Counted from the stretch's first letter, positions 14,106-29,899 are shown. The stretch: 64,000 nucleotides of DNA from Heptranchias perlo (GCF_035084215.1 NC_090370.1:26846001-26910000); one strand, 5' to 3'. Made by a program: numbers and translations. The notes: generated from the sequence alone by a model not told the origin.

Positions 14106-14628
14106 GAAGCTGATTGAAGTGGACCCTGTGATATAATAGAATTTTCTGTCCTGTCGGACTTGGACTTCTTGTAGATCCATATTTTTAAAAGATGCAGGAA
14201 CTCAGTTCTAAGAAAGCTTACACTCACTACATCATAACTCCTCAATCAGCTTTTCTTATCATCGTGATATCAAGGACTAGACACACTGGGGTTGAATTGG
14301 ATAACCCCCAAAACCGGGCGGGGGAGCTTCAATCTCTGAAAGGAAGGGTGCTTCTTACAATCTCTTAAATGTAACCGGTACCTGTTATTTGCTAAAAAAA
14401 TAACAGTCTGCTGTCTGCACGGAGTCTGAACGGATATCAGACACCGCACACGTACAACACAGATACCGGTTCCGTCCCTGTGTTTACAAACTGATGAGTT
14501 GTGTTAAAACTTTGAATAAAGGTTGCGTGCACTACTAAATCCCACATCCTCCAATCTGGATGACTGACCTCACCAATCTGCCGATCTGAGTTGGTACCAG
14601 GCCTGAGAGAATGCATGCACCAGGGTTC

Positions 14629-15432
14629 TTTTTTGTATTCGTTCATGGGCTGTGGGCGTCGCTGGCGAGGCCGGCATTTATTGCCCATCCGTAATTGCCC
14701 TTGAGAAGGTGGTGGTGAGCCGCCTTCTTGAACCGCTGCAGTCCGTGTGGTGAAGGTTCTCCCACAGTGCTGTTAGGTAGGGAGTTCCAGGAATTTGACC
14801 CAGCGACGATGAAGGAACGGCGATATATTTCCAAGTCGGGCTGGTCTGTGACTTGGAGGGGAACGTGCAGGTGTTGTTGTTCCCATGCGCCTGCTGCCCT
14901 TGTCCTTCTAGGTGGTAGAGGTCGCGAGTTTGGGAGGTGCTGTCGAAGAAGCCTTGGCGAGTTGCTGCAGTGCATCCTGTGGATGGTACACACTGCAGCC
15001 ACAGTGCGCCGGTGGTGAAGGGAGTGAATGTTTAGGGTGGTGGATGGGGTGCGAATCAAGCGGGCTGCTTCATCCTGGATGGTGTCGAGCTTCTTGAGTG
15101 TTTTTGGAACTACACTCATCCAAGCAAGTGGAGAGTATTCCATCACACTCCTGAATTGTGCCTTGTAGATGGTGGAAAGGCTTTGGGAAGTCAGCAGGTT
15201 AGTCACTCGCTGCAGAATACCCAGCCTCTCACCTGCTCTCTTCGCCACAGTATTTATATAGCTGGTCCAGTTAAGTTTCTGGTCAATGGTGACCCCCAGG
15301 ATGTTGATGGTGGGGGATTCAGCGATGGTAATGACGTTGAATGTCATGGGGAGGTGGTTAGGCTCTCTCTTGTTGGAGATGTTCATTGACTGGCACTTAT
15401 CTGGCGCGAATGTTACTTGCCACTTATGAGCC
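14629..15432 (-). mobile_element. 5'-truncated CR1/L2-group LINE 3' end
   Basis: ORF 14643-15515(-): KWQVTFAPDKCQ, LGVTIDQKLNW, IYKAQFRSVMEYSPLAW, WNSLP; 3' tail ...CCCATGAACGAATACAAAAAA. Confidence 0.9.
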
Positions 15433-15900
15433 CTGCTGATACACCTTAGTGCAACAGGTGGACAGAAGGAGGGACATCCGACATCCACAGGGGGTGCAAG
15501 AGGCCCTCCAGACATCTGACCAAAAGGCAGTGGGAGGCAGCAGGGGACGAAGTCAATGCCAGGTGCCTAGCACCAAGAATAGTGATGCAGTGCAGGAAGA
15601 AGTTAAAGCTGAGTGAGGTCAACTGTCAAGTGGCAATTCCTACCAACTGCACCATTAGCCTCATCCACTGATCCACGCATTACACCTCCCATCACCCACA
15701 TACCGACAAATTCTTTCCATCAGTATTCAACTCTTCAAATCAGGTACTTCGTCTCACCATCACACATTACCACTGTTGCAAGCTGCCCACCCACAGCTCA
15801 CAGATCAAACACACTGGTGGCTATTCAACCATGACAGGCACATCACCCAGATACACACCCCGCTTTCTTGCAGGAGAAGGTGGCGCATAACAGGAGGCAG
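15433..15900 (+). pseudogene. Harbinger Myb/SANT-like (NAIF1/MSANTD-type) DNA-binding gene remnant
   Basis: LVQQVDRRRDI..KRPSRHLTKRQWEAAGDEVNARCLAPRIVMQCRKKL; after acceptor TTCTTGCAG, EKVAHNRRQ (15874-15900); N-terminal HAPGF lies left of the LINE at ~14613-14628. Confidence 0.7.
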
Positions 15901-15998
15901 TAAGTGGCAGTGGCATTTATTCCCTCGAACCTGTTCCGCCATTCACTGTGATCATGGTGGAACTGTGATCTAACTCCATGTACCCGCCTTAGCCGCAT

Positions 15999-17075
15999 AG
16001 ACAGAAGACAGAGGGTGGTTGTGGAGGGTTGTTTTTCAAACTGGAGGCCTGTGACCAGCGGTGTGCCTCAGGGATCGGTGCTGGATCCGCTGTTATTTGT
16101 TATTTATATTAATGATTTGGATGAGAATTTAGGACGCATGGTTAGTAAGTTTGCAGAGGACACCAAGATTGGTGGCATTGTGGACAGTGAAGAAGGTTAT
16201 CTAGGATTGCAACGGGATCTTGATAAATTGGGCCAGTGGGCCGATGAATGGCAGATGGAATTTAATTTAGATAAATGTGAGGTGATGCATTTTGGTAGAT
16301 CGAATCGGGCCAGGACCTACTCCGTTAATGGTAGGGCGTTGGGGAGAGTTATAGAACAAAGAGATCTAGGAGTACAGGTTCATAGCTCCTTGAAAGTGGA
16401 GTCACAGGTGAATAGGGTGGTGAAGACGGCATTCAGCATGCTTGGTTTCATTGGTCAGAACATTGAATACAGGAGTTGGGATGTCTTGTTGAAGTTGTAC
16501 AAGACATTAGTAAGGCCACACTTGGAATACTGTGTACAGTTCTGGTCACCCTATTATAGAAAGGATATTATTAAACTAGAAAGAGTGCAGAAAAGATTTA
16601 CTGGGATGCTACCGGGACTTGATGGTTTGACTTATCGGGAGAGGTTGGATGGACTGAGACTTTTTTCCCTGGAGAGTAGGAGGTTTAGGGGTGATCTTAT
16701 AGAAGTCTATAAAATAATGAGGGTCATAGATAAGGTAGATAGTCAAAATCTTTTCCCAAAGGTAGGGGAGTCTATAACGAGGGGGCATAGATTTAAGGTG
16801 AGAGGGGAGAGATACAAAAGGGTCCAGAGGGGCAATTTTTTCACTCAAAGGGTGGTGAGTGTCGGGAACGAGCTGCCAGAGGCAGTAGTAGAGGCGGGTA
16901 CAATTTTGTCTTTTAAAAAGCATTTGGACAGTTACATGGGTAAGATGGGTATAGAGGGATATTGTCCAAGTGCAGGCAATTGGGACTCGCTTTGTGGTAT
17001 AAACTGGGCGACATGGACATGTTGGGCCGAAGGGCCTGTTTCCGTGTTGTAAACTTCTATGATTGTATGATTCTA
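15999..17075 (+). mobile_element. Relatively young 5'-truncated CR1 LINE (open 345-aa ORF2 C-terminus plus 3' tail)
   Basis: ORF 16015-17052: SGVPQGSVLDPLLFVIYINDL, KFAEDTK, RPHLEYCVQFWSP; tail TTCTATGATTGTATGATTCTAT typical of CR1. Confidence 0.95.
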
Positions 17076-17265
17076 TCCCTTAATACCTTTGGTTCACAGG
17101 AATTTATCAATCTCAGATTTAGAATTCACAACTGAGCTCGCATCAACTGCCGTTTGCGGAAGAGCGTTCCAAGCTTCTCCCAACCTTTGCGTGTAGAACC
17201 ATTTCCGAACTTCACTCCTGTACGTCAGGGCTCTAAATGTTGGGCCATGTCCCCGCGTCCTAGTA
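17076..17265 (-). mobile_element. CR1 3'-end fragment, continuation of 15920-15998, split by the + strand CR1
   Basis: Minus-strand TRGHG..RSEVRKWFYTQR..WNALP..KSEIDKFL; matching 3' UTR part (CCTGTTCCGCCATTCA..GATCATGG) at 15920-15998. Confidence 0.75.
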
Positions 17266-17842
17266 TTCAAGTACTCAAGACCTCCATAAACAGTTACAAA
17301 TGCATCAGCAGCCAGAAGCAATAATCCAGCCGCTAGCCTGTACATCCTGCATTGTGCTTTTTAATAGCGCTGGTGGGGGGTCCTCCATGCAGTCTAAGAC
17401 ATGTTCAGATGGTCGTGGTTACGGCTGCGTTGATTTGAGCCTTAAGTTCCAAAATGTTGTCTATCACTTTAAATCAGCATTGCACACTGATTGTATCCAT
17501 TTTCTCCACACTTGACATGCTGCCAGCGTTTGGTATTTGCGCACGTGCTAATAACTAGTCCAAGATGGCGTCCGGCACACGTCACGCTGGAAATGTGCGC
17601 ACGCAGCCAAGACGCGATCTTGACACTTCGAGAGGCCACTTAGTGCAGAAATAACTGGCGCAACAAGACCCAATTTGGAGCCCACTGTGTTTAAAAGAAA
17701 GCTGATTTATTTAACACTTGTACAGAATACCAAACTCCAGCCCAGTTAAACGGATTATTAACATCAGAAACAAACCCCAACTGTCAGAATGAACACGGTT
17801 CAGTCCTGGATTTGATTAACAGCAGAATCCAACCCCTGCAGT

Positions 17843-18745
17843 CACAGGTGGTGTGTCAGCAGGTGGGATGATCGAGTGAATCCCTTCCCACACACAGAGC
17901 AGGGAAATGGCTTCTACCCAGTGTGAGTGCGATGATGTCTCAGCAGATCCCCCATTCTTTTAAAGCTCTTTTCACATTCAGAACATTTAAAGGGTCTCTT
18001 AGCAGTGTGAGCAAGTTGGTGTTCAATGAGTCTGGATGACCGAGTGAATCCCTTCTCACACACGTAACATGTGAACGGCCTCTCCCCAGTGTGAGTACAT
18101 TGGTGTGTTTGAAGATGCCTTTTACTTTTGAAGCTCTTCTCACAGTCAGAACATTTTAAAAGTTTCTTATCAGTGTGAACAAGTTGATGCTCAATGAGGT
18201 AGGATGAACGAGTGAATCTCTTCCCACACACGGAGCAGGTGAACGGCCTCTCCCCAGTGTGAACTTGCTGGTGTGTCAGCAGGTGGGATGGCTGAGTGAA
18301 TCCCTTTCCACACGCGGAGCTGGGGAGCGGCCTCTCTCCAGTGTGTCTGCGTCTATGAGTTTCCAGCTGTGACGGTTTCTCCGGGTTGCGGGTGTCCTTG
18401 TGTCTCTCCAGGTTGGACGGTCAGTTGAAGCCTCGTCCACACAAAGAACACGTGTACGGTTTCTCCCCACTGTGAATGGTGTGATGTTTTTATCAGGCTG
18501 TGTAACTGGTTAAAGCTCTTTCCACAGTCAGTGCACTGGAACACTTTCACTCGTGTGTGTGTCTCGGTGCTTTTCCAGTCTCAGTGATGTTTGAAATCTT
18601 TTCCCACAGACAGAACAGACAAACATTTCTCCTTCTATATTCAAAGGCCGATGATCTTCAGGTGCTGGTGAATCGAGTGACTGTCAAATCTTGACGTGAT
18701 GTTTGCTTTGAGTTTCTCGTCTGCAAATCCTCCGCTTCTAATACC
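17843..18745 (-). pseudogene. C2H2 zinc-finger gene, terminal exon, disabled
   Basis: CxxC..HxxxH fingers with HTGERPF linkers (ORF 17914-18231); premature TAG in linker (TG*KP) at 17914; frameshifts and stop upstream; acceptor TTTTACAG at ~18746. Confidence 0.85.
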
Positions 18746-19199
18746 CTGTAAAAGGAGATAACAAGAGTCCTCACTGTGAATACAGGATAGAAATTCAGAA
18801 CAGGCAATTCTAGTTTCTATGGAATATTCTTCCCGCTCATTTCCCCAGATTGTAAATCCCCGTCCCACACACTCACTCCCCTTCCTCTGCTGTAATCCAA
18901 ACCCATCGCACCATCAACAACATTTTTCCTTATATTTAAGTTTTTTCTCTCCCTGAAAGTCCTGAATCTAACTGGGATCAGTTCTACACTCACTGGTTCC
19001 CCTCCCTCTCCTCCCCTGAAGGTCCTGACTCTGGCTGGGTTCAGTTCTACCCTCATTGGTACCCCTCCTTCTCCTCCCCTGAAGATGCTGACACTGGCTG
19101 GGTATATATGCTCTCCCCCTCATTTCGACACTACTGCCCACCCTATTGCTGCCGGTAAGCTGTCCATCTGTGGCATCTCCCAATTTTGGTGATGGACTC

Positions 19200-20385
19200 T
19201 CTCTGACCAGTCACCATTACTCCTTCATTTAAAGACGGTCCCTGATCTGTCACTATTTTCCTTCATTTGCAGATTCTCCCTGACCCGTCACCATTTTTCG
19301 TTCAATTACAGACACTCCCTGACTAGTCACTATGTCTCCTTCATTTGCAGATTCTCCCTGACCTGTCATTATTCCTCCTTCATTTAAAGACTCTCCCTGA
19401 CCGGTCACCATTTCTCCTTCATTTAAAGACTCTCCCTGACCCGTCACCATTTCTCGTTCATTTAAAGACTCTACCTCACCAGTCACTATTTCTCCTTCAT
19501 TTAAAGACTCTCCCTGACCCGTCACTATTTCTCCTTAATTTAAAGACTGTACCTGACCTGTCACTATTTCTCCTTCATTTAAAGACTCTCCCTGACCCGT
19601 CACCATTTCTCCTTCAGTTACAGACGCTCCATAACCCGTCACAATTTCTCCTTCATTTAAAGACTGTACCTGATCTGTCACTATTTCTCCTTCATTTAAA
19701 GACTCTCCCTGACCCGTCACTATTTCTCCTTCATTTAAAGACTCTGCCTGACCCGTCACCATTTCTCCTTCATTTAAAGACTCTCCCTGACCCGTCACCA
19801 TTTCTCCTTCATTTAAAGACTCTCCCTGACCCGTCACTATTTCTCCTTCATTTAAAGACGCTCCCTGACGTGTCACTTTTTCTCCTTCATTTGCAGACAC
19901 TCCATGACCCGTCACTATTTCTCCTTCATTTACAGACACTCCATGACCCGTCACAATTTCTCCTTCAGTTACAGACTCCACCTGACCAGTCACTATTTCT
20001 CCTTCAGTTACAGAAACGACCTGACCTGTCACCATTTCTCCTTCATTTAAAGACTCTACCTGACCAGTCACGATTTCTCCATCAGTTAGAGAAACGACCT
20101 GACCTGTCACAATTTCTCCTTCATTTAAAGACTCTCCCTGACCCGTCACCATTTCTCCTTCAGTTACAGACACTCCCTGACCCGTCACCATTTCTCCTTC
20201 TTTTAAAGACTCTACCTGACCCGTCGCTACTTCTCCTTCATTTACAGTCACTACCTGACCTGTCACCATTTCTCCTTCATTGAAAGACACTGTCTGACCA
20301 GTCACCATTTCTTCTTCATTTACAGTCACTACCTGACCCATCAACATTTTTCCTTCATTTACAGACACTCCCTAACCAGTTACTT
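19200..20385. repeat. 39-bp minisatellite (CCCTGACCCGTCACTATTTCTCCTTCATTTAAAGACTCT), ~30 units
   Basis: Direct periodicity; 13-aa repeat ORFs on both strands. Confidence 0.95.
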
Positions 20386-20469
20386 CCTCTCTCCGCATCT
20401 CCCTCCAGATGTCCGTTCACTTGTGAACAAGGCCTTTGCCATTCACAACCTTATTGCGGGTGGCTGCAT

Positions 20470-20910
20470 CTGGAAACAAAGGAACAGGAGTAAACCATTC
20501 CGCCCCAGCCTGTTCCGTCATTCAATTAGACCATGGCTGATCTGTATCTTAACTCCATCTACCTGGCTTGGTATCGAAAACCTTAATACCCTGGCCAAAC
20601 AAAAATCTATCAATCTCAATTTTCAAATTTTCAATTGACCCCCAGCCTCAACAGCATTTTGGAGTGAGGAGAGTTCCAGATTTCCACTACCCTTTGTGTG
20701 AAGAATTCCTTCTGACATCACCCCTCAACGGCCCAGCTCTAATTTTATGGTGATTCCCCCTTGTTCTTGACTCTCCCAACAGAGGAAACAGTTTCTCTGT
20801 ATCTACCCTATCAAATCGTTTAATCATCTGAAACACCTCAATTCGATCACCCCTTAATCTTGTATATTGAAGTGAATACAAGCCTAGTCTATGAGTCGAA
20901 CCTCATAATT
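20470..20910 (-). mobile_element. CR1 3'-end fragment
   Basis: YSLQYTRLRGDRIEVFQMIKRFDRVDTEKLFPL.GESRTRG on minus strand, plus CR1 3' UTR. Confidence 0.85.
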
Positions 20911-21329
20911 TACATAATTGATCACTGTAAGTACAGGATAGAAATTCAGAACAGAGAGTTTTAGTTTCTCTGGAATATTATTTTCGCCATAGCCCCTAAA
21001 AAGCTGTAAATCCCTGTTCCCACACTTCCCCTCCTTGCTCCTATTATGCTGTAAATCCCCCGTCCCACACTCTCGCTCCTTGTTCCTATTCAGCTGTAAT
21101 TTCCCCAGTCCCACACTCTCCCTCCTTGCCCCTATTAAGCTGTAATTTCCCCGTCCAACACACTGTTCCTCCTTGACACGTCCTCACTGTTTGAAATCCA
21201 GATTCATCGCAAGCTCTAATTTTCTCCCTTTCTCTCCTGAAGGTGCAGCGTGATGGTGGGGTTCGGCCCCAGTCACTGTCTGCCCTCCAGTATTCGGCCA
21301 AGTGGTAATTCTGCACTTGTCAGCCAATA

Positions 21330-21850
21330 CAGCGAGCTGCCGGTATTTCGACCATCGGTAGCCGCCGTCTCTGGCTGATTCTCTCCGGCAAAGCTGAGGC
21401 CAACGGTGACAGATCTACAATAACCTGCATTCACACTGAGCGGAGTCTCAGCAACACCGAGTGCGGCTCAGGGCCCGAATCAGAGCAGGGGGACCCGGCG
21501 GACTGGCGGGCGGGGGGCCCGGGCACCATTAAACCGACCACCCAGCGCCTCTCACGTCCAACCCGCCGCTTCCCGATTTCTTCTCCCGTTTCCACCGAGT
21601 CCGACTCGAGACAAGAGACAGGGCAGAGGCGCTCCCAGAATGTGGGGCGGGCCTGGGGAGCTTGCGCCGTCTGAGCGGAAATGCAGCGCCTTGGAGAGAT
21701 AGAGGGGTTTCTTTGGCGCGGGGGATTGTGGGGCCGACGGCCGCCATTAGTCGCCGGGCGTCGTTCAGTTTTTTATTGCCCGCGTCGCGCACAGAACCGT
21801 TTCTCGAAATGCAGACTGAGGAGTTCAGAGCCGGTTTGCTGAACAGACAA
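21330..21850 (-). promoter_or_regulatory. CpG island, likely promoter/first exon of the ZNF gene
   Basis: High GC/CpG, GC boxes; candidate donor GTGAG at 21555-21551 on minus strand pointing toward the ZNF exon. Confidence 0.5.
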
Positions 21851-21868
21851 TGACCGGAAAATGTAGAA

Positions 21869-24450
<2,582 letters not shown>

Positions 24451-24849
24451 CCCTTTTCTTATTTAATGTCCAGTTATGGTTCATTTGATTTTCTTGGGTT
24501 TGTATTGTGACCGTACCCATTTAATGGCAGTGAGCTGATATTGCCAATCGGGCTCAGCATTCTCTGGCGAGCAGTGACCTGCCCTATGAGCTCCGCTGAT
24601 AACCTGATATCTGACGAATCTCCTTTCCATGTTCCATTACATTTATGCTTTTCTTTTTAGGGTTCAAAAGAGGGGGCACAAAGTTAAACACAAAACAATT
24701 TGGCAACATGCAGATCTCCCTATCAATGCAAGAGCACGCAGAAGAAATCCCAATGGACCAAACCCCTTCACATTCACTGCCACTGGAAAAAAAATCCAAA
24801 CAGACCAAACCCTTTCCTATTCCCTCCCATTGCATAGAATCAGAAAGAG

Positions 24850-25810
24850 AAAAACCCCTTCACAGTCCAAGCCATTGCGGTGCCCTGAACTGAACACAGT
24901 TCTCGAAATGAGGTCTAACCAGAGCTCTGTATAACTGTGACATAACTTCCACTCCTTTTTATTCCAGTTCCCTTGAGATAAAGATCAAAATTTAATCTCC
25001 ATTTCACCTTATATTTTTTTGTGAATTCTGTACTTGGACCCCGAAATCTCTCTCCTCCCCCACAGTTCCTAGCTTCGTGCCATTAAGAAAATACTCGGAT
25101 CTATCTTTTTAAGGTCCCTAGTGGATGACCTCACACTTTCCCACGTTGAACTCCATCTGCCACTGTCTTGCCCACTCACTTAATCTATCAATGTCCCTTT
25201 GCAACTTTCTGCTCCCATCTATAATGCTTACTGTGCCACCTAACTTAGTTTCGTCAGCACACTGGGTTATAAGGTTCTCTACATAAGAACAGAACAAAGA
25301 GGAGCAGGAGTCGGCCCGACGGCCCCTCGAGCCTGTTCCGCCATTCAATCAGACCATGGCTGATCTTCAACCTCAACTCCACTTTCCCGCCCGATCACCA
25401 TATCCCTCGATTCCCCTAAAATCCAAAACTCGATCGATCTCAGACTTCAATATACTCAACGGCTGAGCGTCCAAAGTCCTCTGGGTGAGAGAATTCCGAA
25501 GATTCACAACCCTTTGAGTGAAGATTTTTTTCCTCATGTTGGTCCTAAATGGCCGACCCCTTATCTTGAGACTATGACCTCTAGTTCTTGACTCTCCAGC
25601 CAGGGGAATCAGCCTCTCAGCAACTACACTGTCAAGCCGTCGAAGAATTTTATACATTGCAATGTGATCACCTCTCTTTCTTCTAAACTCCAGCGAATGT
25701 CGGCCAATTTTACACACTATCTCCTCACAGTAAAATTGCAGTAAGTCCTGCTTACTCTTATATTCCAACACCCTTGCAATGAAGACGAATATTTTATTTG
25801 CCTTCCTCAC
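24850..25810 (-). mobile_element. CR1 fragments (at least two, nested)
   Basis: CADETKLGG..LQRDIDRLSEWARQWQMEFNVGKCEVIH; SLEFRRKRGDHI..GESRTRGHSLKIRG; 3' tail near 25283. Confidence 0.88.
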
Positions 25811-25984
25811 TCTCATTAGACCCTTAGTAACTCACTATTTCCAGTATGTTTTTCCTCTATTCCTTCTGTTGGGAAAATAAATCATTTCACTCCAATTATA
25901 CCAGTTTATGTTTGGGGGAAAAAAAACAGCTGAACTGCAAACTTAGAGTTTTCTGTGGAAAGCGGATTAATGTGAACATCGAAT

Positions 25985-26056
25985 TGCGATGGCTGGGAAT
26001 CGAACCCGGATTGACTGCTTGGAAAGCAGCTATACTCACCACTACACCACCATTGC
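25985..26056 (-). tRNA. tRNA-Gly(TCC), full length but with stem mismatches (possibly a pseudogene)
   Basis: GCAATGGTGGTGTAGTGGTGAGTATAGCTGCTTTCCAAGCAGTCAATCCGGGTTCGATTCCCAGCCATCGCA; A and B boxes intact; A:C mismatch in acceptor stem, C:A in T stem. Confidence 0.85.
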
Positions 26057-26653
26057 TGAAAAAAGTTATCAATAAAATGGTTCCCAACCATCAGATCCTG
26101 ACCAGCCACTGCAGGCTGTTGCATTTTGTACTTCATTTGAACTGGTTTCTGACGGATCCTTTCTCGCTCTGTCGCAGTTCCCGTTTCCGTCCAGTAGATG
26201 ACGCCAAGCCCCAATCAATGGAAATTACACAACAGCCAGTAATTCTTCACCTGATATCGGACTGAAGAGATAGTCGATCCCTGCAATACTTGACCAGCTG
26301 GAAATACACATTGCTGTATCTCACATCAGCCATTGTGTAAAATTAAGTCATTTCATTAAATCATTCTGGAGACCTGACCACCAACTGGGCACAAATGGCA
26401 ACTTAATATTCAAGTCTATAAGATCTTTAGAAAGGACCGAGAAGGAGGGAAAGGAGGAGGAACAGCAATATTGCTGATGGAAAATATTACAACAGTTGAA
26501 AGATAGAATATCAGTGAGGATGAGGGGGCAGTGTAAACACTCTGAGAGAGACTGATCAAAAGTGGCCCCACTGCACAACTCCAGAAGGTATAAGAAGGGC
26601 GAGTTGGGGAGGATTTCTTCATTCTTTGTGAAAGTGTTTGTGAGATTGTGGAA

Positions 26654-27048
26654 ATGTCTGAAAGAGGAAAATCCGGTGGAAAAACTCGGGCCAAGGCCAA
26701 GTCTCGCTCATCCTGGGCAGGACTGCAGTTCCATGTGGGCCGTGTTCACAGGTCCTGTGAAAGGGGAACAATGCTGAATGTGAAGGTGCCGGAGCTCCGG
26801 TCTATCTGGCTGCTGTGCTCGAGCACCTGACGGCTGAAATCCTCGGGCTGGTTGGTAATGCGGCCCGCGACAACAAGATGACGCGCATCATCCCCAGACA
26901 CCTGCAACTGGCCGTCCGCAACGACGAGGAGCTCAACAAGCTGCTGTGAGATGTGACCATCGCTCAGGATGGGGTGCTGCCTAATATCCAAGCCTGTTTC
27001 TGTGCCGTAATTTCGATGTAACTCGATGTAAATGCTCTTTTCAGAGCC
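26654..27048 (+). pseudogene. H2A: Histone H2A pseudogene
   Basis: [33 protein letters not shown], then frameshifts; [28 protein letters not shown]; damaged stem-loop TGCTCTTTTCAGAGCC 27033-27048; TATA at ~26590. Confidence 0.95.
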
Positions 27049-27554
27049 ACCCACTGTATCTGTGAAAGGGCTGGTTACTGTCTGAAGGGAGACGCTGATA
27101 TCATGCTACCAGTGCTGCTTTGAGCTGCTTTTTTCTCGTTGTGGACGAGATGGGGTATTAATGGGACTGGAGTCGGGGCACCGACCACATTCCGGTACAT
27201 TAAACGGTAACTTATGGACCCCAGTCCACACATCACCAGATTTGTTGCATTTATTTAAATTACTTGTCATGCTGGGCTCGAAAAGCATCACCAGAACTGC
27301 TCGACTAAACTTTCCACATCTGTGGGATTCAGCGCTTCGCTCCGTTTCTGTTCTATTTTGTTGGATTATTCAAATAACTCATCAAACTCACTGGGGAATC
27401 ACTGAAATGTAACTCTGTACAGAAACAAATAACAGTGAACGGCCTGGTGCCCAGGAGATCAGAAATATTATTGCCCTTTCGCCTTGTTGACAAGTAAACC
27501 GTGTTTCGAGTCCACCAACCCGCGTTGGTTCCACATGGGAATCAAATAGAGAGG

Positions 27555-28100
27555 GCGGGAGGGGAGGAGTCAGAGTGATGGACAGAGCAGAGAGCGGCCT
27601 CTGATCTTCCAGCTCCACCTCCAGCTTTCTCCACTCGCCAATTTCAAACCGTATATTGATAATAGAACCGAAACACAGCGGTCCGCACAAACCCTTGCAG
27701 ACTCGGGCTTCATATTCAAGGATTCCCAGGAACCCGGAGCTTTCAAATAAGCCCCGTTACAATTAACAGACAGTAATATTCCTGCCTAAATACAGTCCCT
27801 TCGATAACAAGTCAACCCGTCTCCTTCCATTTCAGTCCCACACCCGATTCTATCTCCCCACACATCCCCTCCCAGACGGGTTCAGCGTTTTACAAACACC
27901 TTATTCCAGCTGATTTGGAGAATCTCATGTGTTGGGGTTTGAGTTATGACGCGGAGTTTCTCCGCCAGTGTTACCGTCTCACAGAGACTCTCGCCCTGAA
28001 TCTGTGAAAAGAAAATGACCATGAACTGGGAGTGGAGCCGAACACATCCCCAGTTACAGTGAGGCTCGGACACCCCATTCTCTCTGTTTTATATCAGACA
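27555..28100 (+). repeat. Orphan duplicate of the H4-H1 intergenic spacer (38915-39450)
   Basis: Shared text, e.g. CTGATCTTCCAGCTCCA, CCGGAGCTTT.AAATAAGCCCCGTTACAATTA, TTATTCCAGCTGATTTGGAGAATCTCATGTGTTGGGG. Confidence 0.85.
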
Positions 28101-29899
28101 GTATCCCACCTTCATGTCCAGCACTTGAGAGAGACACACACTTTCAGTCTTACGCTTCCGATCAGTGTGTTCATATCACCCTCAATAACTGTATCCAACC
28201 TTCAAATACAGCACCAGAGAGTGAGAGAGAAAGGGAGACAGATACGGTGAGAGAGCGAGCGGAGAGGCACAATGCCACAGTATCAGTTCCAGACTGACCT
28301 GTAAAGTTGCGTTTTATCCAGAAAATCCCGTTGGAGAGAAAGAAGATGCATTCTTATCTCTCATGGATAGACCAGAGACGGACACACTGTTAATCCCACA
28401 CTCAAGGACAGTACAGAGAGTGAGAAAATCAATGTGGGCCGAATTTAACCCTCTCTTGCCTGTTGTACTATATTCGGTTTTGCAGATCAGGTCCGTTCGT
28501 TATTACTCTCAGTGTCCGAGAGTTTCACTCTGATTATATTAATCTGGGACTGTTGCTGTCTGATATTAATCCTACACGATCCCAGCAAATACACCGACTC
28601 CCGCTTTCCTCCCATGTTTCTCCAGGATTGGTTTGAGAAATCCTCCCTTCAGGGGGAGTCCGGGGGCTGTTTGTAAGAGGCGGAGTGGATCAGGAACTGG
28701 TCCCGGAACATGGAGTGAGCGGGGGAAGGGAGAGGTCAATCTCGGGCTGTGTGTGTACAGGGTGTGTCCAGGGTGAGGGAGACAGAATGGGAAGAGCAGG
28801 TTGTTTCAAATCATTGCTGCTTTGTCTCCCCAAACCAGTGGTGAATTGTTCCTGGTTTAGTTCCAGTCTCATCCTGTTTATTGTTATTGGACAGTGAACA
28901 GTGGAAACAGAGCCGGACAGTCAGGATGTGGGGAGTTAAACAAAGAGCATCTATTGCAGGCACCAGGTGACAAGTGTGAATACATTTTAAACAGCGGCTG
29001 TTATGTTTCGGTTGAACGGTTAGTTCCATGGTAGAGGGTATTAGAAACCTGACCTGTACAAAGGTCCCTGCCCCATCGGGTAGTCCCATTCATGGATCAG
29101 TGCAGGGGTTGTGTTGTGTCTGGATGTCACCAAATTGTTGTCAAACAGCCCAACACACCTGGTGTGCAGAAGCTGAGAGCTGCAGTACTGCAGTGGAGTC
29201 AGACACTGACACTATTTGTATGTTTGTATCCCTGGTTTTCATTTGTGGTTATTGCAATGATTATTAACGGAGAGATTCAATTGATCACTTTTGTTTTTTC
29301 TACTTCACCTGTTCTTAAGTTACAAGAGATAATTTTTCTTCCTACAGTCAAATCCTTGAAGGACCCAGAATCAGTGTGATGTTTACTCCACCCGAGCCAC
29401 AAGGAGCAGTCAGTGCAGCCAGCTCCTTCTCACACACAGTAAGTACATTATCACTCACAGAGCACAGAGACACAGACAGGTCATCAGTCCCACAGTCTCA
29501 GACAGCGGAAGTAGTCAGTCCCACACTGACCCCAATCCAACAGTGAAACAGAGCAGGAGAGACAGACGTAATTTCCATTTCACAACGACTCAGTACTGCT
29601 GACCGGCAGATAAATAATTCCCAGTCCAAAATCACACCCAGTATCAGATTGAAAGGTACTGTGTCAATCTCTCTTTATTTTAGCCTTAGCTACAAATTAA
29701 ATACCAGATAGAACTGACACATGGTACTGATTGATCGGTACAGAATGAATCAGAATAGTGTGCTCCAAGATTCAAATTAAATACCAGCCCACAACTCTCA
29801 CACATTATGAGTTTAAAGATGCAGTATTCATGCCACTATTGTGCACTGAGATACAAATTAGATACCAGTTCAGATGTTACCCATTTTTGACTCACATAT

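Larger units (their letters stand above)
14288..17683 (+). mobile_element. Probable PIF/Harbinger DNA transposon relic with nested LINE insertions
   Basis: Ends GGGGTTGAATTGG...CCAATTTGGAGCCC (imperfect TIRs), ACT on both flanks (14285-87, 17684-86) as a 3-bp TSD, internal Myb/SANT-like coding remnant. Confidence 0.55.

Noticed and set aside
14510-14520. AATAAA and the nearby CTGATGA (14491) as a hammerhead or snoRNA
   Set aside because: No stem II/GAAA core and no terminal stem with box D
19345-20368. 312-aa and 277-aa repetitive ORFs on opposite strands
   Set aside because: The 39-bp unit is a multiple of 3; non-ATG starts, probable intronic position, no domain
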